Shown: piece by piece, positions 1 through 14,464 of the stretch | How the letters are laid out: every line of letters starts with the position of its first letter | Numbering within the stretch: position 1 is the first letter of the stretch | Assembly: GCF_016432865.1 (NCBI RefSeq) | Contig: NC_067398.1 | Coordinates: forward strand, 363,506,001 to 363,570,000 | DNA length: 64,000 nucleotides | Direction of reading: 5' to 3' | Source of the DNA: Antechinus flavipes | Taxonomy: Eukaryota | Notes under the pieces: model-generated | Databases searched by the model: none | Seen by the model: only the letters and a program-made list of their open reading frames with translations | Told to the model about the DNA's origin: nothing | Position numbers and translations under genes: made by a program

Positions 1-44
1 ACCTTTTTGGAATTCATAGTTTTCTTCTTCCAATCAGAAGGTAT

Positions 45-213
45 TAATAAAAATATAATTGGGAAATCTTTAACAAAATGAATAAATAAAAATACAATAA
101 AATATAGATAACATTACATTTAAAAACTAAGTCAATAGACAGTCCACAGGGATCTTTATATATGGATAGTATTGCTGTCCCCTTCCACCTTTTCTATTTG
201 AGTTTGACATTAT
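45..213 (-). mobile_element. hAT-type MITE end; related copy ~10545-10690
   Basis: Both carry tataattgggaaa..tttaacaaaat..taagtcaa..tttctatttgagtttga. Confidence 0.55.
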
Positions 214-249
214 TGATGCAGAGCTTAGAACCCAATTGGGAAATGTACT

Positions 250-1400
250 TTTCTTCAGAAGGAAGTCCAGGGAATGCTGTAGTACTTCATATCCCTGGCA
301 TTAGGTGATTTTTTTCTTATTTCTTAGGTATTTGTGTCATTTTCAGAGTCAACAGAAATATACCTCAGAAAACTGCATTTTTTGCAAGCATATTTACAGA
401 AGCCTATCAAATGGAAGTAGGCTCTCAGTTGCAATGTAATGATAATTAATAAAGATAGCTTCTGTGGTATCTTTTTCCCTGCAATATTGTCTCATGTTAA
501 GGCTGTGTAATCCACTGTGCATGCTTCAAGATCACAATGATTGCCCAGTTAATGCTGCTATAATCTGTGCTGTGAAATGTTCCATACGCCTCGTTCTGAG
601 ATCAGTTTCTACTTATCCTTGCTAAGGAGGGGCACAGAAATCTCTCGTGAATGAGCTAGTATATAAATTTAGGAACCAGTATTCTAGGCATTGTACCATT
701 CCAACAGCCTGACTAAATAGCTTGTCAGCATATTTTCTTGGAGCTTACGGGGAGAGGCAGGGTCCTTACATCTGGATTTTGCTATTGTACCAATTCATTT
801 AAAAACAACGAAAAATGTTATCTGCTGTTGCTGAGGGGAAAGAAATGAAGAAAATTGTGAATTTCCAATGAACAAAATGTCCTTCAACAACTAGTTACAT
901 GCATCAGTGAGTTGCATCAACTATGCTAGAATAGAAGCCTCTGTGGCATCTTCTATTTATTTTAAGTTTCTTGGGAATAAAAAGCATCAGATCAAAGACC
1001 TAAAGCCAATCAGTTATATAGTCCTTTTTTGCTAGGGGAAGAAAGGCTTTTGTAAAACTTGACCTTGTCCAAAAATTATCAATGAAAAATCATAGATGAT
1101 GCTATTGCTCATTCCTAAACAATCAATCAGTCCTCATCAAGGGATCATTTTTTGATGAGCATCTTCCACTTGCAATTTCCCTTGTTCTTGTAATTTTTAG
1201 TAGATTCTGCTTTCTTGGATTCCAGAGATGGAACCATATTTTGATGATATCTTAACTGTGATATCAAGAGAGTATAAACATATGGAAAGTTTTTTGGGAA
1301 GTTCTCCCCGGTCTCAAAGCATCAGGTATCCACATGCAAAAACATAAAATATTGGGGCTTGAAACACAATATTGTTGGGTTTCTGTGTCACTGCTGCTGC
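250..1400 (-). mobile_element. Decayed hAT (Charlie/Buster/SPIN-like) transposase fossil
   Basis: Hand translation of the minus strand across frameshifts gives, in order, SLDED*LI, IEDATEASILA*LM (956-915), LLKDILF, SATADNIF (834-811), EAIFINYHYIATESL (462-418). These resemble the hAT motifs GEELI, DESTD..LAQL, EDFLF, TTGEDIF and HCIIHQESL. Confidence 0.5.
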
Positions 1401-2044
1401 TGATGTGAACCTGTCCTGCTATCTTTAAGGTCCTTGCAGGTTATGTAATCCCATAATGTAGCAACAAAAGAATGGATTTTCATCCACTGCTTTGTGACTC
1501 AGAAAGTTCTATTATGCTTTCCTTCTACAAAAATGTGACATTTCTGAAGGCAGCCTATTACTTCTTAAGAAAGGATGTTTTTCAGATATAGACAACTTTT
1601 TCAAGAACTTTGGAAGGGCAAATGATGAAAGAGTTGGAAATAATTGAAAGGGGGAAGACAGATAGGATAGGGTAAGAAACAAAGGAAATTTTTTTGAGGA
1701 TTGGGGAAACCCCACCATCAGAAGGTGACTTTTTGGAATGTTCAAGCAATTATTGACAGCTGAACTTTTGCCAAGACATTACAGTGAACACAGCTGTTTC
1801 TTACTTGCCTCTGATTCATCTTATGGCATAGGACAGCCAGATTGCCTTGAAGTCACTGACCACTTATCTCTCAAAGACACTCTTGTCTTTAACATGGAGC
1901 AGAGAAAGAGCAGTAAACTTGGAGATTAGAGGACTTGTCTCCAAATCCTGATTCTCCCATATACCGCTGGAGTGATCTTGGGCAAAACCATTTCATTTCT
2001 TTGGGCCCTTGTTTCCTTATTAAAATAAGGAGGTTAGATTAGAC

Positions 2045-2260
2045 CTCAGTTTCTTAAACTGTGGTTTATCACGCCCCAAAAAGGTCTTATAACTGAATGT
2101 TGAGGTTGTGAAATTGTGATTATCAATAAATTTTGATTTTATATATATGTATATGTGTATGTATATACATACATACAAATATACATCCATATACCTGGAA
2201 TCATGTAAAAATTTCTTGAGTTAAAAGAGGTCATAAGAGGAGGAAGTTTAAGAAACCCTG
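2045..2260 (-). mobile_element. hAT-type MITE; same family as 13211-13399, opposite orientation
   Basis: Ends cagtttcttaaact...agtttaagaaaccctg; reverse complement resembles 13211-13399. Confidence 0.6.
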
Positions 2261-2277
2261 GGCTAGATAACCTTTAA

Positions 2278-2450
2278 AGTAGAAGTTCTTAACATTTTTG
2301 TGTGTCCTGGATCCCTTTGGCAGTCTGATTAAGCCTTAGGACTCCTTTTCAGAATGACATTTTAAAGTACACAAAATAAAATATATAGGCTTACAAAGAA
2401 AACATATTAAAAGAGTTATTATAATATACATTTTAAAAACACTCAGGTTC
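2278..2450 (+). mobile_element. Charlie-type non-autonomous DNA transposon; related copy ~25980-26165
   Basis: gttcttaacatttttgtg..ggatccctttggcagtctg..tcagaat..aaaataaaat motif shared by both copies. Confidence 0.55.
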
Positions 2451-5400
2451 CATTGCTCTAGAGTGATGATCCAATAACTTACACATAGTGGGCTCTTTAT
2501 AAATGTTTGTTGAATTGAACTGAATGGAATTAAGTCTACTGAAAGAACTACAGCTAAAGCAGTAACGAAGCCTTCTCTAACAGCAAAATTACAAGGAAGT
2601 CCCTTCAGCTATCTTTATGACTTTGGAGGTTTTGTTTTTATAGATCACAAATCTCTTGTGGGCACTTTTTTATGAGGCCGTATCTATATCCTCAAACACA
2701 TTGCCACATTTACAATCCTGAAGTGTTTTACTCAGAGCTTTTGCCTTAGGAACCATCACGGCAAAGTGGAAAGAATCTAGACTTAGAACTGGAGCTCCTG
2801 CCTTCAAACCTGATGTCTTCTACTTACTAGCATTGGGATCTAAATTGATTAACTTCTCTGAATCTCAGTTTCTTCATCTGTAAAAGAAGTGAGCAAGCTT
2901 TGTACTGCCTCCCTCACAGGATTGCTATGAGCCTCAAATGAGAAAATGTAGGTAAAAGGCTTTCTATCTAAACCTTGGAGTGCTGTGTGAATGCCAGTTA
3001 TTATTCCATGCCTGCCAACATGCCTTGGAGAGCAATATGGAATGCTAATACCCTGAGCCATCTGTCAATACAGATCCCAGATTATATTGTGCCATCTCCA
3101 CTGGGAGCTTTGATGTGAGAACTCCCTGATCTGCTTCTTTAGGTTGATCAAATTGTGTGATTCAATCCACAATTTGAAGACTGATGAAGAGGTGGCCAGC
3201 TGAGAAACTGCCTTGGGAATTCAAGCCATTTCAACATGTGAATGAGAGTTGTCTGACCATAAAAGATGTCTTTTGTGGGGGAAATCACACTGTTAAGGGA
3301 ATCACTGTCGTGCAGTAGAAAGAGACCTGGTGCTGGAGTCAGTGGTCCTGGGTTCCAATCCTGACTGAGCCTCTTAGAACTTGTGTGATTTTAGGCAAAT
3401 CAGTTAACCTCTCTGAGACTTATTTTCTTTATCTGTAAAACAGTCTGATTGGATGGGGTGACCTCTAGGTCTTTCCCGGCTCTTAATCAATAATCCCATG
3501 ATCTTGATCACATTGCATAAACATATTTCCAAGGAATTGTTTGAATTGAAGCTTTGAATAGAAATCTAGTGCCCTTGAATATGAAATTATAATGATTGTA
3601 ATTGGCTGGATCAATAACCTACCCAAACTACCCACTTTTCCATGATACATGAACCAGCTCATTTTAATCCTTTTGGAGTAGAGGATGAAACCTGGGGCAC
3701 AAAAGTCAGACTTTACTTCTCAGGTTTTTGTTTTTAATGATAGCCCTTTTTTTGAATCCTAAGCATATAAAAACCGAGGGCAAATTTGGTGTCCTGCACG
3801 CACTATAAATCTCCATAGCTTAGTATTATCTTTTATTTTGATATCACTTATGTTTCCTACTTTATTCTTCCCCTTAGTCCTTTAGTATAGAGAAATGAAA
3901 TATAAAGAGGTAGAGATATATGGGAAGATGACAGAGATCCAATGGGGAAGGAGGAGATAAATCTCTTCAATTTTTCAAAAAAGTTTGAGAGGCATGATTT
4001 CTGGGTAATTTAATCATTTTATTAATGAGGCCAGCATATTTATTTGTAAAAGGCTTTCTCTGTTAGACCAAAGATGCCTAATGGCATTGGGCTCTTTTTA
4101 TATATATATATATATATATAAAATACCTTGGAAAGCAGGTGTTCAATCAATTCTGATCGGTTAACAATTAATGAGAAAATTAATAAAATTTACTGAGAGG
4201 CTGAGAGTGACATATGTCACCCTGGTACAATCTTTATACCCAGACCACCCCCAGCCTGGACTTTTTAAAGAAAAGGGTCATTTCCACCTATGCTTGATTG
4301 AATGGAATTCATATTAGACTAGACTAGACTCTCTCCTCCTGAGATATAAGGTTTGGTGAGATCAGAGAAAGGAGAAGATTAGATCAACCTTCAAGACAGA
4401 GGTCTTGAAATAAGGAGAGAGAAAAGGAAGAATCTGAATCTCCTCAAATCATTGATTACTAATAATCATTTCATCAATTTAAATCACTTAGCATTTATTA
4501 AATGATTACCACTTAATGGACCACTGGTCTAGATGTTGGATTAGGCAAAAGTATATGAGAAAGACACATCAATTCTGCCCTTCTGGAACTCATGGTTTAA
4601 TAGAAGGATATGATACATTCAAGATATAAAGAGCAGCAGGGACTAGACCACTGATTTTACTCCTCTGGTGAGGAAACTCTTCCAATAGGAGATGACATTT
4701 TCTCTGTGACATATAGTCTTAGACAGTTGCCTAGAGCACTGTTCAGGGTCACATTACCAGTATGTGCCAGATCAATCAAACCAAATTAAAAATAATGTTA
4801 AGGGCTTACTATATTCCAGGCACTTGGATGTATTTGGGTAGCTAGGTAGCATAGTGTATAGAGCACTGACTGGGCTTAAAACCAGGAAGAGTTGATTTCA
4901 AATCCTGTGTGACCCTGGGGAAATCACTTAATCCTGTTTGCCTCAGTTTCCTCACCTGTAAAATGAACCGGAGAAGAAAATGGCAAACCATTTTAATATC
5001 TTTGCCAAGAAAACTCCCAGTAGGGTCATGAGAAGTCAGATATGACTGAAACGACTGAATAACAACCTATTTCAGGCACTGCATTAAATATTAAAAACAC
5101 TAAGAAAGGTTAAAAATGCCCCCTTCTCCAAAGGAACTCACAGTCTAATGGAGGAAACTTGTAAATAACTGGATGTGAGACTTGATTCCATTTTTTCCTC
5201 ACACTAAGGTTGACTTTCTATTCTCTATACTGCCTTTCACATGATAAAAAATCTTAGATGATTATTTTTATTAGAGAAGTGATTAATAATGAAGTGATGA
5301 GCAAAATGAGTTGTGAGGTCTGGGGTGAAAAATTATTGCCAGTGGGAAGAGATCAGGAAAGGAGAGCTTCATGGAGGAGCTAACATTGGCACTGAGCCTT

Positions 5401-6497
5401 AATGACTGAATAGGAATTCAACAGGTAGAGGTCGAAAGGAAGGGATTTCAGGAATAAGGAACCATGTGAACAGAGGCATTGAGGTAGGAAAGTCCTGGGT
5501 ATGCATGGAGGTAATGGATGTTTCTGTTTGGTTGAAGAGGTGAGTAATAGGAAATAAAAGTAGAAAAGAAGGGTAGATCAGATTATAAGGGCTTTGAATG
5601 ATAAGGTCAGGAGTTTGAACTTTGTTGGGAGGGAAATAAAGAACTATCAAAGGATTTTGAACAGATAGATCTCTATATAAGGAGCAATAGTCTGGGAGCA
5701 GTATGAGGATGGTTTGGATGGAAGAAATAAAGGACGTTGAGAAGCCATGAAGGGAACAAAGAGGTTGCTATGGGAGGAGGGAAGTATCTCAGCTCATTTC
5801 AGCAGCTTTGGCATGCAAAGGAATCTTTCCTAAAAGAATCAGATAGGCTAATATGGCATAAAGCAATAGACCTTAATTACAAAGGATTTTGATGCACTCA
5901 GGGGATGAATCAGGCTTAGAGGCACCAGGAACATAGATATAAATAGGGAAGGCATCAGAACTTGGGATGAAATAACGGTCAGGCTAAGTCAGGAGGAGGA
6001 AAAGGCCTATGGATGGTCAACTGGACAGAATGCTACTGAACTTTGCATTTAGAGATTTGACAGTTTTCCGTCGTGCCTTCTATCTGCTGCCACACCGGAC
6101 ATCTGGTTCAGGCATGTAAGAGCCAGGAATTTTTTAGGGAGGAGACAAATTCTCACTTGGGTAGGTCAGAATGGTTTCCAATTTTTGATGTTATTGGCAG
6201 GGAGATGCTGTCGATTGGGTAGCAAATCAGACAAAGAAAACAATTACAGAGCTTGAAGATGGAGAGACATAGAGAGGTAACTTGTCATAAGTGAGTTCTG
6301 AGGATGAAAAACCAATGTGTTTTTTAAAAAGTTATCCCTGAGAATGATGTGATGTTGGGGTGAAGATGTGGCCATTGAAAAGATATGAAGACACAAAATG
6401 AAGAAGGAGACTAAGATAGAGGAGAAAGAGAAGTAGGGAATGTGGTAAAGAGGAACGCAGTGGGCAGTTGGAGTCTTGAAGGACACCTGGGGGGTAG

Positions 6498-6950
<453 letters not shown>

Positions 6951-7933
6951 TGAAAATTCTTTGAGGAACTGGGATCATTCTTGTATATAGACTCTAACAT
7001 AGTTGTAGACTTCCTGAGTTCCCAGAGAATACTTTCTGACTGTCTAGTGCCTAGTAGAGAATATAAAATCAATCAATCATTCAACAAGGATTTATTTAAT
7101 ATATACTCTGTATTCAGTTCTTTCCTGAGCACCATAGGAGACAGTGATTCTCTCCCTCCCTCTCTTCCTCTCACCACTGTTCTTCCCATGTACCTAGTAG
7201 CTTCTCCTTTTCCATTTGTTAAAAAAGCTAAGTTTAAGATTAGATTCCTGATTTAGCTTATTTTTACCATGATTGGCTTCCTAAAAAAGTCTTCTCAATT
7301 GAGTGTTCTGGTTAATTGTCTTTCTGTTGAAAGAAAACAGGAAACAAGAACAATACAAAACAGTATTTAAAGAAACTTTTGAGAAAAGAAGTTGGTCAAA
7401 GGCTCTGAAAAATGCAAGGATATTTTATGTTGGGTAAAAGGGGAGAAAGAAGATCTCATTCATTGGGTAAGTGGGAAGAAAACTTGAGTCCTAACACAAC
7501 AGTGCCTGAAAGAAAATGGCTCATAATCACAAATTGTGAGATCTCAAAAGAAGATTGAGCTAAAGAATGGGATCATAGATTTAGATCTGGAAAATACTTA
7601 CAGACCACTGAGTAAATCTATTCATTTTAACGATGTGAAAACTGAAATGAAATGATTTACCTGGGCTCACACAGTTAGTTTTGGTCTTCTTGATTCTCAT
7701 CCAAACTTCCCCACTATGCCTTCTAATCTAATGTCCTCATTTGACAGGTGAATAAATTGAGGCTTAGAGAAAGGAAATTACATTTCCAACGTGGCACAGT
7801 TGGAATTTAAACTGAAGTCTTCTGGCTTAAAATCTACTGTGTTCCTCTTTCTTTTTTTCCCTCTTTTTCTATTCTTCTCTCCCTTTTCTTCTTCCTCTTC
7901 TTTCTCTCCTTCTCACTTCTACCCTTCTCTTTA

Positions 7934-8159
7934 NNNNNNNNNNNNNNNNNNNNNNNNNNNNNNNNNNNNNNNNNNNNNNNNNNNNNNNNNNNNNNNNNNN
8001 NNNNNNNNNNNNNNNNNNNNNNNNNNNNNNNNNNNNNNNNNNNNNNNNNNNNNNNNNNNNNNNNNNNNNNNNNNNNNNNNNNNNNNNNNNNNNNNNNNNN
8101 NNNNNNNNNNNNNNNNNNNNNNNNNNNNNNNNNNNNNNNNNNNNNNNNNNNNNNNNNNN
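7934..8159. other. Assembly gap (226 N) within a CT-rich tract
   Basis: N run; intronic, about 100 bp before an exon. Confidence 0.99.
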
Positions 8160-8255
8160 CCTCTGCTGCCCCTTTCTCTGTCCCTGTCATCTGCTGTAGA
8201 AGCAGGATGTCTTTTGAAGAAATGTTGGAAATTAATCTTGGTATATTTTCCTCAG

Positions 8256-8391
8256 GTGGTGATTTTGTGCCCATTCACTGGCATACAACAGACTTTTCCT
8301 TGCAAAAACTGGCTGGATGAAAAGGAAGGTGATGGGCTGATTGAGCGGCAACTCTATGAAGTGGTGTCCCTGCGGAAGAAGAGACTCAAGA
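8256..8391 (+). CDS. LOXHD1: LOXHD1 exon (136 nt, phase 0-1), [45 protein letters not shown]
   Basis: ttcctcag acceptor, A|gtaagt donor, FPC..WLD..DG motif. Confidence 0.95.
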
Positions 8392-9121
8392 GTAAGTGCC
8401 GAAGTCAGGCTGGAGAAATTCCAGCATAGCAGACAGAATTTTCAGGGACCAAAGCTACTATTTATTATAATCGTTTCTATTAGAGAACAGAGTAGATGTG
8501 GATGTGTAGTGGGTGTGAGACAGTGAAAACTTCCCAATGAATTGGCTAGGATTTTTTACTTCCTGGGTTGGAGCCCTAGCTCTTCAGAGCAAAGACCAAC
8601 AAGAAATCCACAATCCATCTAGCTCTGCTGCAAATATTTCCATTTTCCAAAAATTAACAGATCATTTACTTGTAATGTCCTTGAAGGCAATTGAGTTGTT
8701 CAAAGCAATGTTGATAAATTACATTTTTATAAGACAAGCATTATTTTAAATACTCTAGTAGAACTCTGGTTATTTGAAGAAACTTTGATATGAATCCTAT
8801 TATAAAATCAAAGAATTCTTTTGTAAACAAGTCATTACTCCCTAATTTATCTGTCTTATTGTTTGGATTTTAGTATAGCTGAGTTTTTGTTTTATTGTTA
8901 TAGCAGTAGTATCACTATATATCTTGTCCCTTGATGTCAAGTAGTAGAATATTTTCTTCTTTTTTCTATCTGTAATAGTTTAGTTTAAATATATACATAT
9001 AAATGTGTGTATATATGTATGTATGTGTACATGTATACATGTATATATTTCATTTCAAAAAATTACAAAATTTTGTACAAAAAATTGATTTGTTTTTGTT
9101 ATGGTTTTGTTCTGTTTTAAG

Positions 9122-9282
9122 AATATGCCTGGTCCCTCTGGGTCTGGACAAATGACCTGAAGAAAGCTGCCTGTAATGTCCCTGTTTTTATTCAGCTTTA
9201 TGGACAGAAAGGACGAACAGATCAAATTCGTCTGAACCCAGGGCCACAGGGCTTTAAACCTGGCAAGCTTGACAAATTCAGG
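9122..9282 (+). CDS. LOXHD1: LOXHD1 exon (161 nt, phase 1-0), [54 protein letters not shown]
   Basis: ctgttttaag acceptor, AGG|gtagga donor. Not in the ORF track; translated by hand. Confidence 0.93.
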
Positions 9283-9341
9283 GTAGGAGCAATGGATGTG
9301 GGGAAAGAGGGAACAGATATTTCAATGAATATCGAAGAGAA

Positions 9342-9722
9342 TTTTTTTATTTTTTGTTGAAGTTTTTTATTTTCAAAACATATGCAAGGATAATTTTTCA
9401 GCATTGACCCTTGAAAAACCTTGTGTTCCAATTCCCTACCCTTCTCCCCATCCCCTTCCCTAGATGGTATATAATCCAATATATGTTAAACATGGTAAAA
9501 ATACATGTTAAATCCAAAATAGGAATACATATTTATACAATTATCTTGCTGCGTAAGAAAAATCAGACCAAAAAATGAGAAAGAAAATAAAATTCAAGCA
9601 AACCACAACAAAAAGAGTGAAATGCTATTTTGTAATCCATCCTCGGTTTCCACAGTCCTCCCTGGATCCTGGATGTAGATAGTTCTCATCATCACAAGAC
9701 CATTGGAATAGGCCTGAATTAT
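9342..9722 (-). mobile_element. L1 3' UTR fragment, 60 bp downstream of an exon donor
   Basis: Same motif series as 16889-17197 (ttttcaaaacatatgc, ccttgtgttccaa, gaaaaatcaga). Confidence 0.8.
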
Positions 9723-9730
9723 TGAAGAGG

Positions 9731-9732
<2 letters not shown>

Positions 9733-9820
<88 letters not shown>
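9733..9820. repeat. (TA)n microsatellite
   Basis: direct reading. Confidence 0.95.
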
Positions 9821-12792
9821 TCTTTCTTTTTTATTTTAATTTTCGTTTCATTCATCAAACGTGTAAGGCACTAAGAATGTAATTAAAATAATTTAAAAAA
9901 TGTATTCCCTTCCCTTAAGGAAAAAGTTACTTTACTAGGAGATTCAACCTATAAACAGATATAAAATAATTTGAGGAGAAAGAAAACATTAAAATCTAGT
10001 AGAATCAGGAAGAACTTCCCATAGGAAGTGATATCTATATTGAACTTAGAAAGAAGGTAAGGATTCTAAGAAGAAGAGGTGAGGAGTGAATACATTCCAT
10101 GTATAGGACATCACCTAGACTCACAGAGGTAGGAGATCAGGACTGAATTCTGGGAACAGCTGACTAGTATACAAAATGTAGAATGCATAAAGGAAGCTAA
10201 AGTAAAGTAAGTCTGAAAAGGTATTTTGGAGCCTGACTGGGATAGAATTTAAATGCCAATCTGAAGGGCTTTGAAATTTATCCTAGAGGCAATAAGGTGA
10301 TAGGATAGGAGATAAACTATAGACCCCAATAAGGAATGATATTACATTATGTACAGTTCACTGAATAGAATGGGGACAGAATTTAAATACCCTCTAGGGT
10401 TTCTATCAGAATTAAACTGACCAAACTTAAGGCAAAAATGGTAATTAGTTCAGGGAATTATAGCATCACAATGAAATGGTCCAGAGCAAATATATCCATC
10501 ATATGAAGAATGATCCTTCATCCTGGGAGATGTACAACAGATTAAATTATAATTGGGAAACATTTAACAAAATAAATTAAAATATAATGAAACATAGATG
10601 TTGCTAGTTTGTGGTTTCCTAAGTCAAATCAGACCAAGGTATAAGGTGTAAGGTATAATAACTTTATTTCTATTTGAGTTTGATATCACTGATCTAGAGG
10701 ATTCAGAAATGTTGATGACATCTTGGTTCAGAAAACCTTGGCCTTCCAGGATGATGAATATTAGTATTTACATCTGTGCAGGATAGGAATCCTGTCTGAT
10801 ATTGATATAACTCTCAATTGGAGTTTTTTAAAGCAAGAAGGATTTAAATTAAACTCTAGAATTAAAAAAAAATTTACTAGAATTATTTGTTCTTAATTTA
10901 GAGGAGGCTAACAACGGATTTCCTAGTTTGAAGCCCGACTTAAACGATTAGATAAAATGATTCAAATGAGGCATCAAATCAAGCTAAAGAAGCTGGTTCC
11001 AACCGGCAATGATGCTTAGAAATATTTGTCTATAAGCCAGCGAGTGATGTGGCAAATTTGCTCATAGGTAAACACTATTAGGGCAGTGCCATTAGAAATT
11101 AGCCATACTTAGATTGTTCCTTTGACAATTCATCACAGAGCATTTCTAGGTCATCATTAAAATAAGGCCCTTGAAAGCCTTCACCTAGATGGTCAAGTTG
11201 CTTCATCTCTGAGCCTCAGTTGGAATCTGGTCGAAATGTACCTTATATATGACATTTTTCCTGATGCTCCAAGTGAGTAATAATATTTCCTCCCTTGAAT
11301 TGCATAGTGCACCTCTCCCATACACTTAATTTGTGTACCTGTCCTATCTCCAAAGTCCATGAGGGCAGAGATTGTGTTTTATTCAATTTTTAAAATCTCC
11401 TCCCATGTCCAGCACAATGCTCTTAATGTAGCAAGCACAGAACAAACGTTGGCTAAATGAATTAATGAATAAAATAGTTGGAATTAAGATTAGAAGATAC
11501 TTTCCTATCAAAAAATGTTCTAATTCTTCTTATGTGTCTAGTATTCTGAATCAAGGACATCTAGGTTAATAAACTAATAAGAAACATCCTCTACCAATAT
11601 AATCAATGCACCTTCTTTGCAATATTTATATTCTTAGAGAGAGTTGCTTAACAACCAGAGGCAACAAGCATTTATTAAGCAGTTACTATGTGCCAGGCAT
11701 TGAACTTACTGTAGAAGATGCAAACAAACAAAAAAAGACGGTTCCTAACATGAAAATTTATGTTCTAATGAGGACAACCATAGAGAGCTGAAAAGCAGGG
11801 TTAGGGAGACAGAAGGTATCTTCATGAGGAGGAATAATGGTAAAATCTGGAGATTTCCAAAGTACAACTTGGAGGAAAAGAAGGTTAAGTTATTGATAAG
11901 TTAAATGTCATGTCCAGGGTCTTACCTCCAGTTCTGGGTCAATCAGATCTTCCTACCTTCCGGGCCAAATCTCTATTCATTATGTTATTCGATGTCTCCA
12001 CCTTACTCATAGTAGGCTATTGAACATTCAATGAATTGAGTGGACTTAAAGTACATGGCCTGTTGATAATAGGTGAATTAGTCAATGCTATTAAGCACCT
12101 ACTATGTGCTAGATACTCTGCTGAGGGAAAAAGGAGTTCACTGTCTAATGAGGAATACAACATGCAAGCAACTAAATACAAGCAATTTATACAAAAGAGA
12201 AATAGGAAATAATTAAGAGAAGGAAGGCACTAGGATTCAGATAGATTGGTGAAAGCTTCCTGGAAAGGGTCCAATTTTAGCTGGGACTCAAAGGAAGTCA
12301 TGGAAGCCTGGAGGCGACAATGAGGAGGGAGAACATTTCAGAATGGAAGACAGGCAAATAAAAAACCCTAAGTAGAAAGGGAGTGGAAGCTAAGAGGCCA
12401 GTTTCACTAGATCAAAGAATATGGATTAAGGAGGAAGGAATGAAAAGATAGGAGTAGTGCTGGTAAAGGGCTTTGAATGCAAAACAGAATTTTGTATTTG
12501 TTCCTAGAGGTGCTAGGGGAGCCACTGTAGTTTATTTAGTAGAATTGTAACATGATTGGATCTGGGTTTTAGGAAAAATCCCTCTAGCAGTTGAATGGAA
12601 AATGGACTGGGATGGGAGAGAAACTTGAAGTAGCAGTTCCCCTGGCTATTGAAAGAGTACAGGAGTGAGGGGATGAGGACCTCAAAGTAGTAACAGTATC
12701 AGAAGAGAAAAGGGATAAAGAATCTTTCCATCAGATTCAGGGCTTTTGTCATTGTTTTATTCTCTCAAGGGACCTTGCTCTTTTTCATACAG

Positions 12793-12879
12793 CTTGACAT
12801 CCCAGATCTTGGAAGATTTTATAAGATCAGAGTCTGGCATAATAGCAAGATTCCTGGTTCTGGATGGCACCTAGTAAAG
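12793..12879 (+). CDS. LOXHD1: LOXHD1 exon (87 nt, phase 0-0), LDIPDLGRFYKIRVWHNSKIPGSGWHLVK
   Basis: tttttcatacag acceptor, AAG|gtgaga donor, DLG..KIRV.H..GW motif. Confidence 0.93.
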
Positions 12880-13210
12880 GTGAGAAGGGGAATATTGTCT
12901 TTTGATCCCTATGATCCTGGGTAGGGAATGAGTCAGGGAAAAAGAGGGATCCAGATTGGCTTCCTTTTGGGGACCCGGCTATAAAGGTGTACCAGGTATT
13001 CGCCTGTAATTCCAATAGTGGGAAGGAGAGGTAGATGGTCATTGAGGTCAGCCTGAATCAGGATAGGAGGTATTGGATCCACAAGAGAAGGGAGCAATGA
13101 CTTCTCTGAGGTGCTCCATCCTTGTCTCCAAAGAACTACAGGCTTCTGAGAGGAATGGGCTAGAATAATCACCACTCCCTTTCACCCCCATCTCCACAAC
13201 TTCCTTAGAT

Positions 13211-13399
13211 CAGGGCTTCTTACACTTTTCCCACTTACAAGCCCTTTTCGCCAAGAAATTTTTATGTCACTCCAGAAATATAGGTATATAAAACAGTAAT
13301 ACAAATCAAACATTTACTGATAATAAATCACAATTTCATGACCTCCACATCAGTTACTGAGACTCTATATGGAGTCATAACCCATAGTTTAAGAATACA
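13211..13399 (+). mobile_element. hAT-type MITE
   Basis: CAGGGCTTCTTACAC...AGTTTAAGAATACAG termini. Confidence 0.6.
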
Positions 13400-13518
13400 G
13401 ATATCTGTATTATCTGCAAGGACATTTGTAAGGGCAGACTTAGCTTAGTTAGGACAGCAGAGTGGGGTTGCTGGGGCAGATTGGATGTGAGGTCACCTAA
13501 TCTGCGGTGTATTTCCAG

Positions 13519-13654
13519 ATGACACTGATGAATACCCTAACAAAGGACAAGTATAACTTCAACTGTAATCGCTGGCTGGATGTCAATGAGGATGACTATG
13601 AGACTGTGAGGGAGCTTACTGCAGAAGGTCCAACTGTTCGGAGGATAATGGGAA
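13519..13654 (+). CDS. LOXHD1: LOXHD1 exon (136 nt, phase 0-1), [45 protein letters not shown]
   Basis: atttccag acceptor, A|gtgagt donor. Confidence 0.95.
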
Positions 13655-13766
13655 GTGAGTGTCCATCCCACTTTTTAGGAGAGGATGAGCCTTCCTGAGA
13701 GGAGGACCGAACATTCCTTGGTTTCCTTTAAGGAATAGGGCTAAGAACCACTGAAAGGTACAGTTG

Positions 13767-13958
13767 CAGGGGTCCTCAAACTTTTTAAATAGAGGGCCAG
13801 TTCATTGTCCCTCAGACTGTTGGAGGGCTGGACTATAGTAAAGACAAAAACTTTGTTTTGTGGGCCTTTAAATAAAGAAACTTCATAGCCTTGGGTGAGG
13901 GGGATAAATGTCCTCAGCTGATGCATCTGGCCCATGGGCCGTAGTTTGAGGACCCCTC
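13767..13958. mobile_element. Non-autonomous hAT MITE, OC1/OposCharlie1-like
   Basis: TIRs CAGGGGTCCTCAAACT...AGTTTGAGGACCCCT; near-identical second copy at 32600-32790; 8-bp TSD not evident. Confidence 0.75.
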
Positions 13959-14381
13959 CGAGGGCACAGAGCTGAACTCTCTGTACTTCCAAGCCCCTAT
14001 CTTTAAATGTGGTGATATTTGGAGATCAAGAGACCCAAAGCAGTTTAGAGGAGCATGTTATCTGGCTTGGGGAGTGGGATTTTAGGGCACATGAGAAGTC
14101 CCAGACAGATCTAGGCTTCTTCAGAACATTCTTAGATTAAAAGATAAGAAAAAGACATTACATTTAGACAGTACTTTGCTATCTAAAGTACCTTAAATTT
14201 TAATAAAATTCCAAAAGTGGAATCAAAAGACCTGAATTCAAATCTTTGGTTCTTCCATTATCTACATACATGGCTTCTGGAAAATCTTACTTCTTTAGGA
14301 TTTAGTTTCATTTATCATAAAATTAAGAAAAGAACCCTCCTGAAATTTATAGTTCTGTCCCCAATGATAATTCTCCCCTAT

Positions 14382-14385
<4 letters not shown>

Positions 14386-14463
<78 letters not shown>
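14386..14463. repeat. (CT)n microsatellite
   Basis: direct reading. Confidence 0.95.

Positions 14464-14464
<1 letters not shown>

Noticed and set aside
250-1700. Possible endogenous viral element (filovirus/bornavirus/AAV EVEs occur in marsupials)
   Set aside because: No recognisable viral motifs; motif order fits a hAT transposase better. A short SKVLEKVVY-like piece near 1590 may be an old LINE RT remnant but is too short to call.
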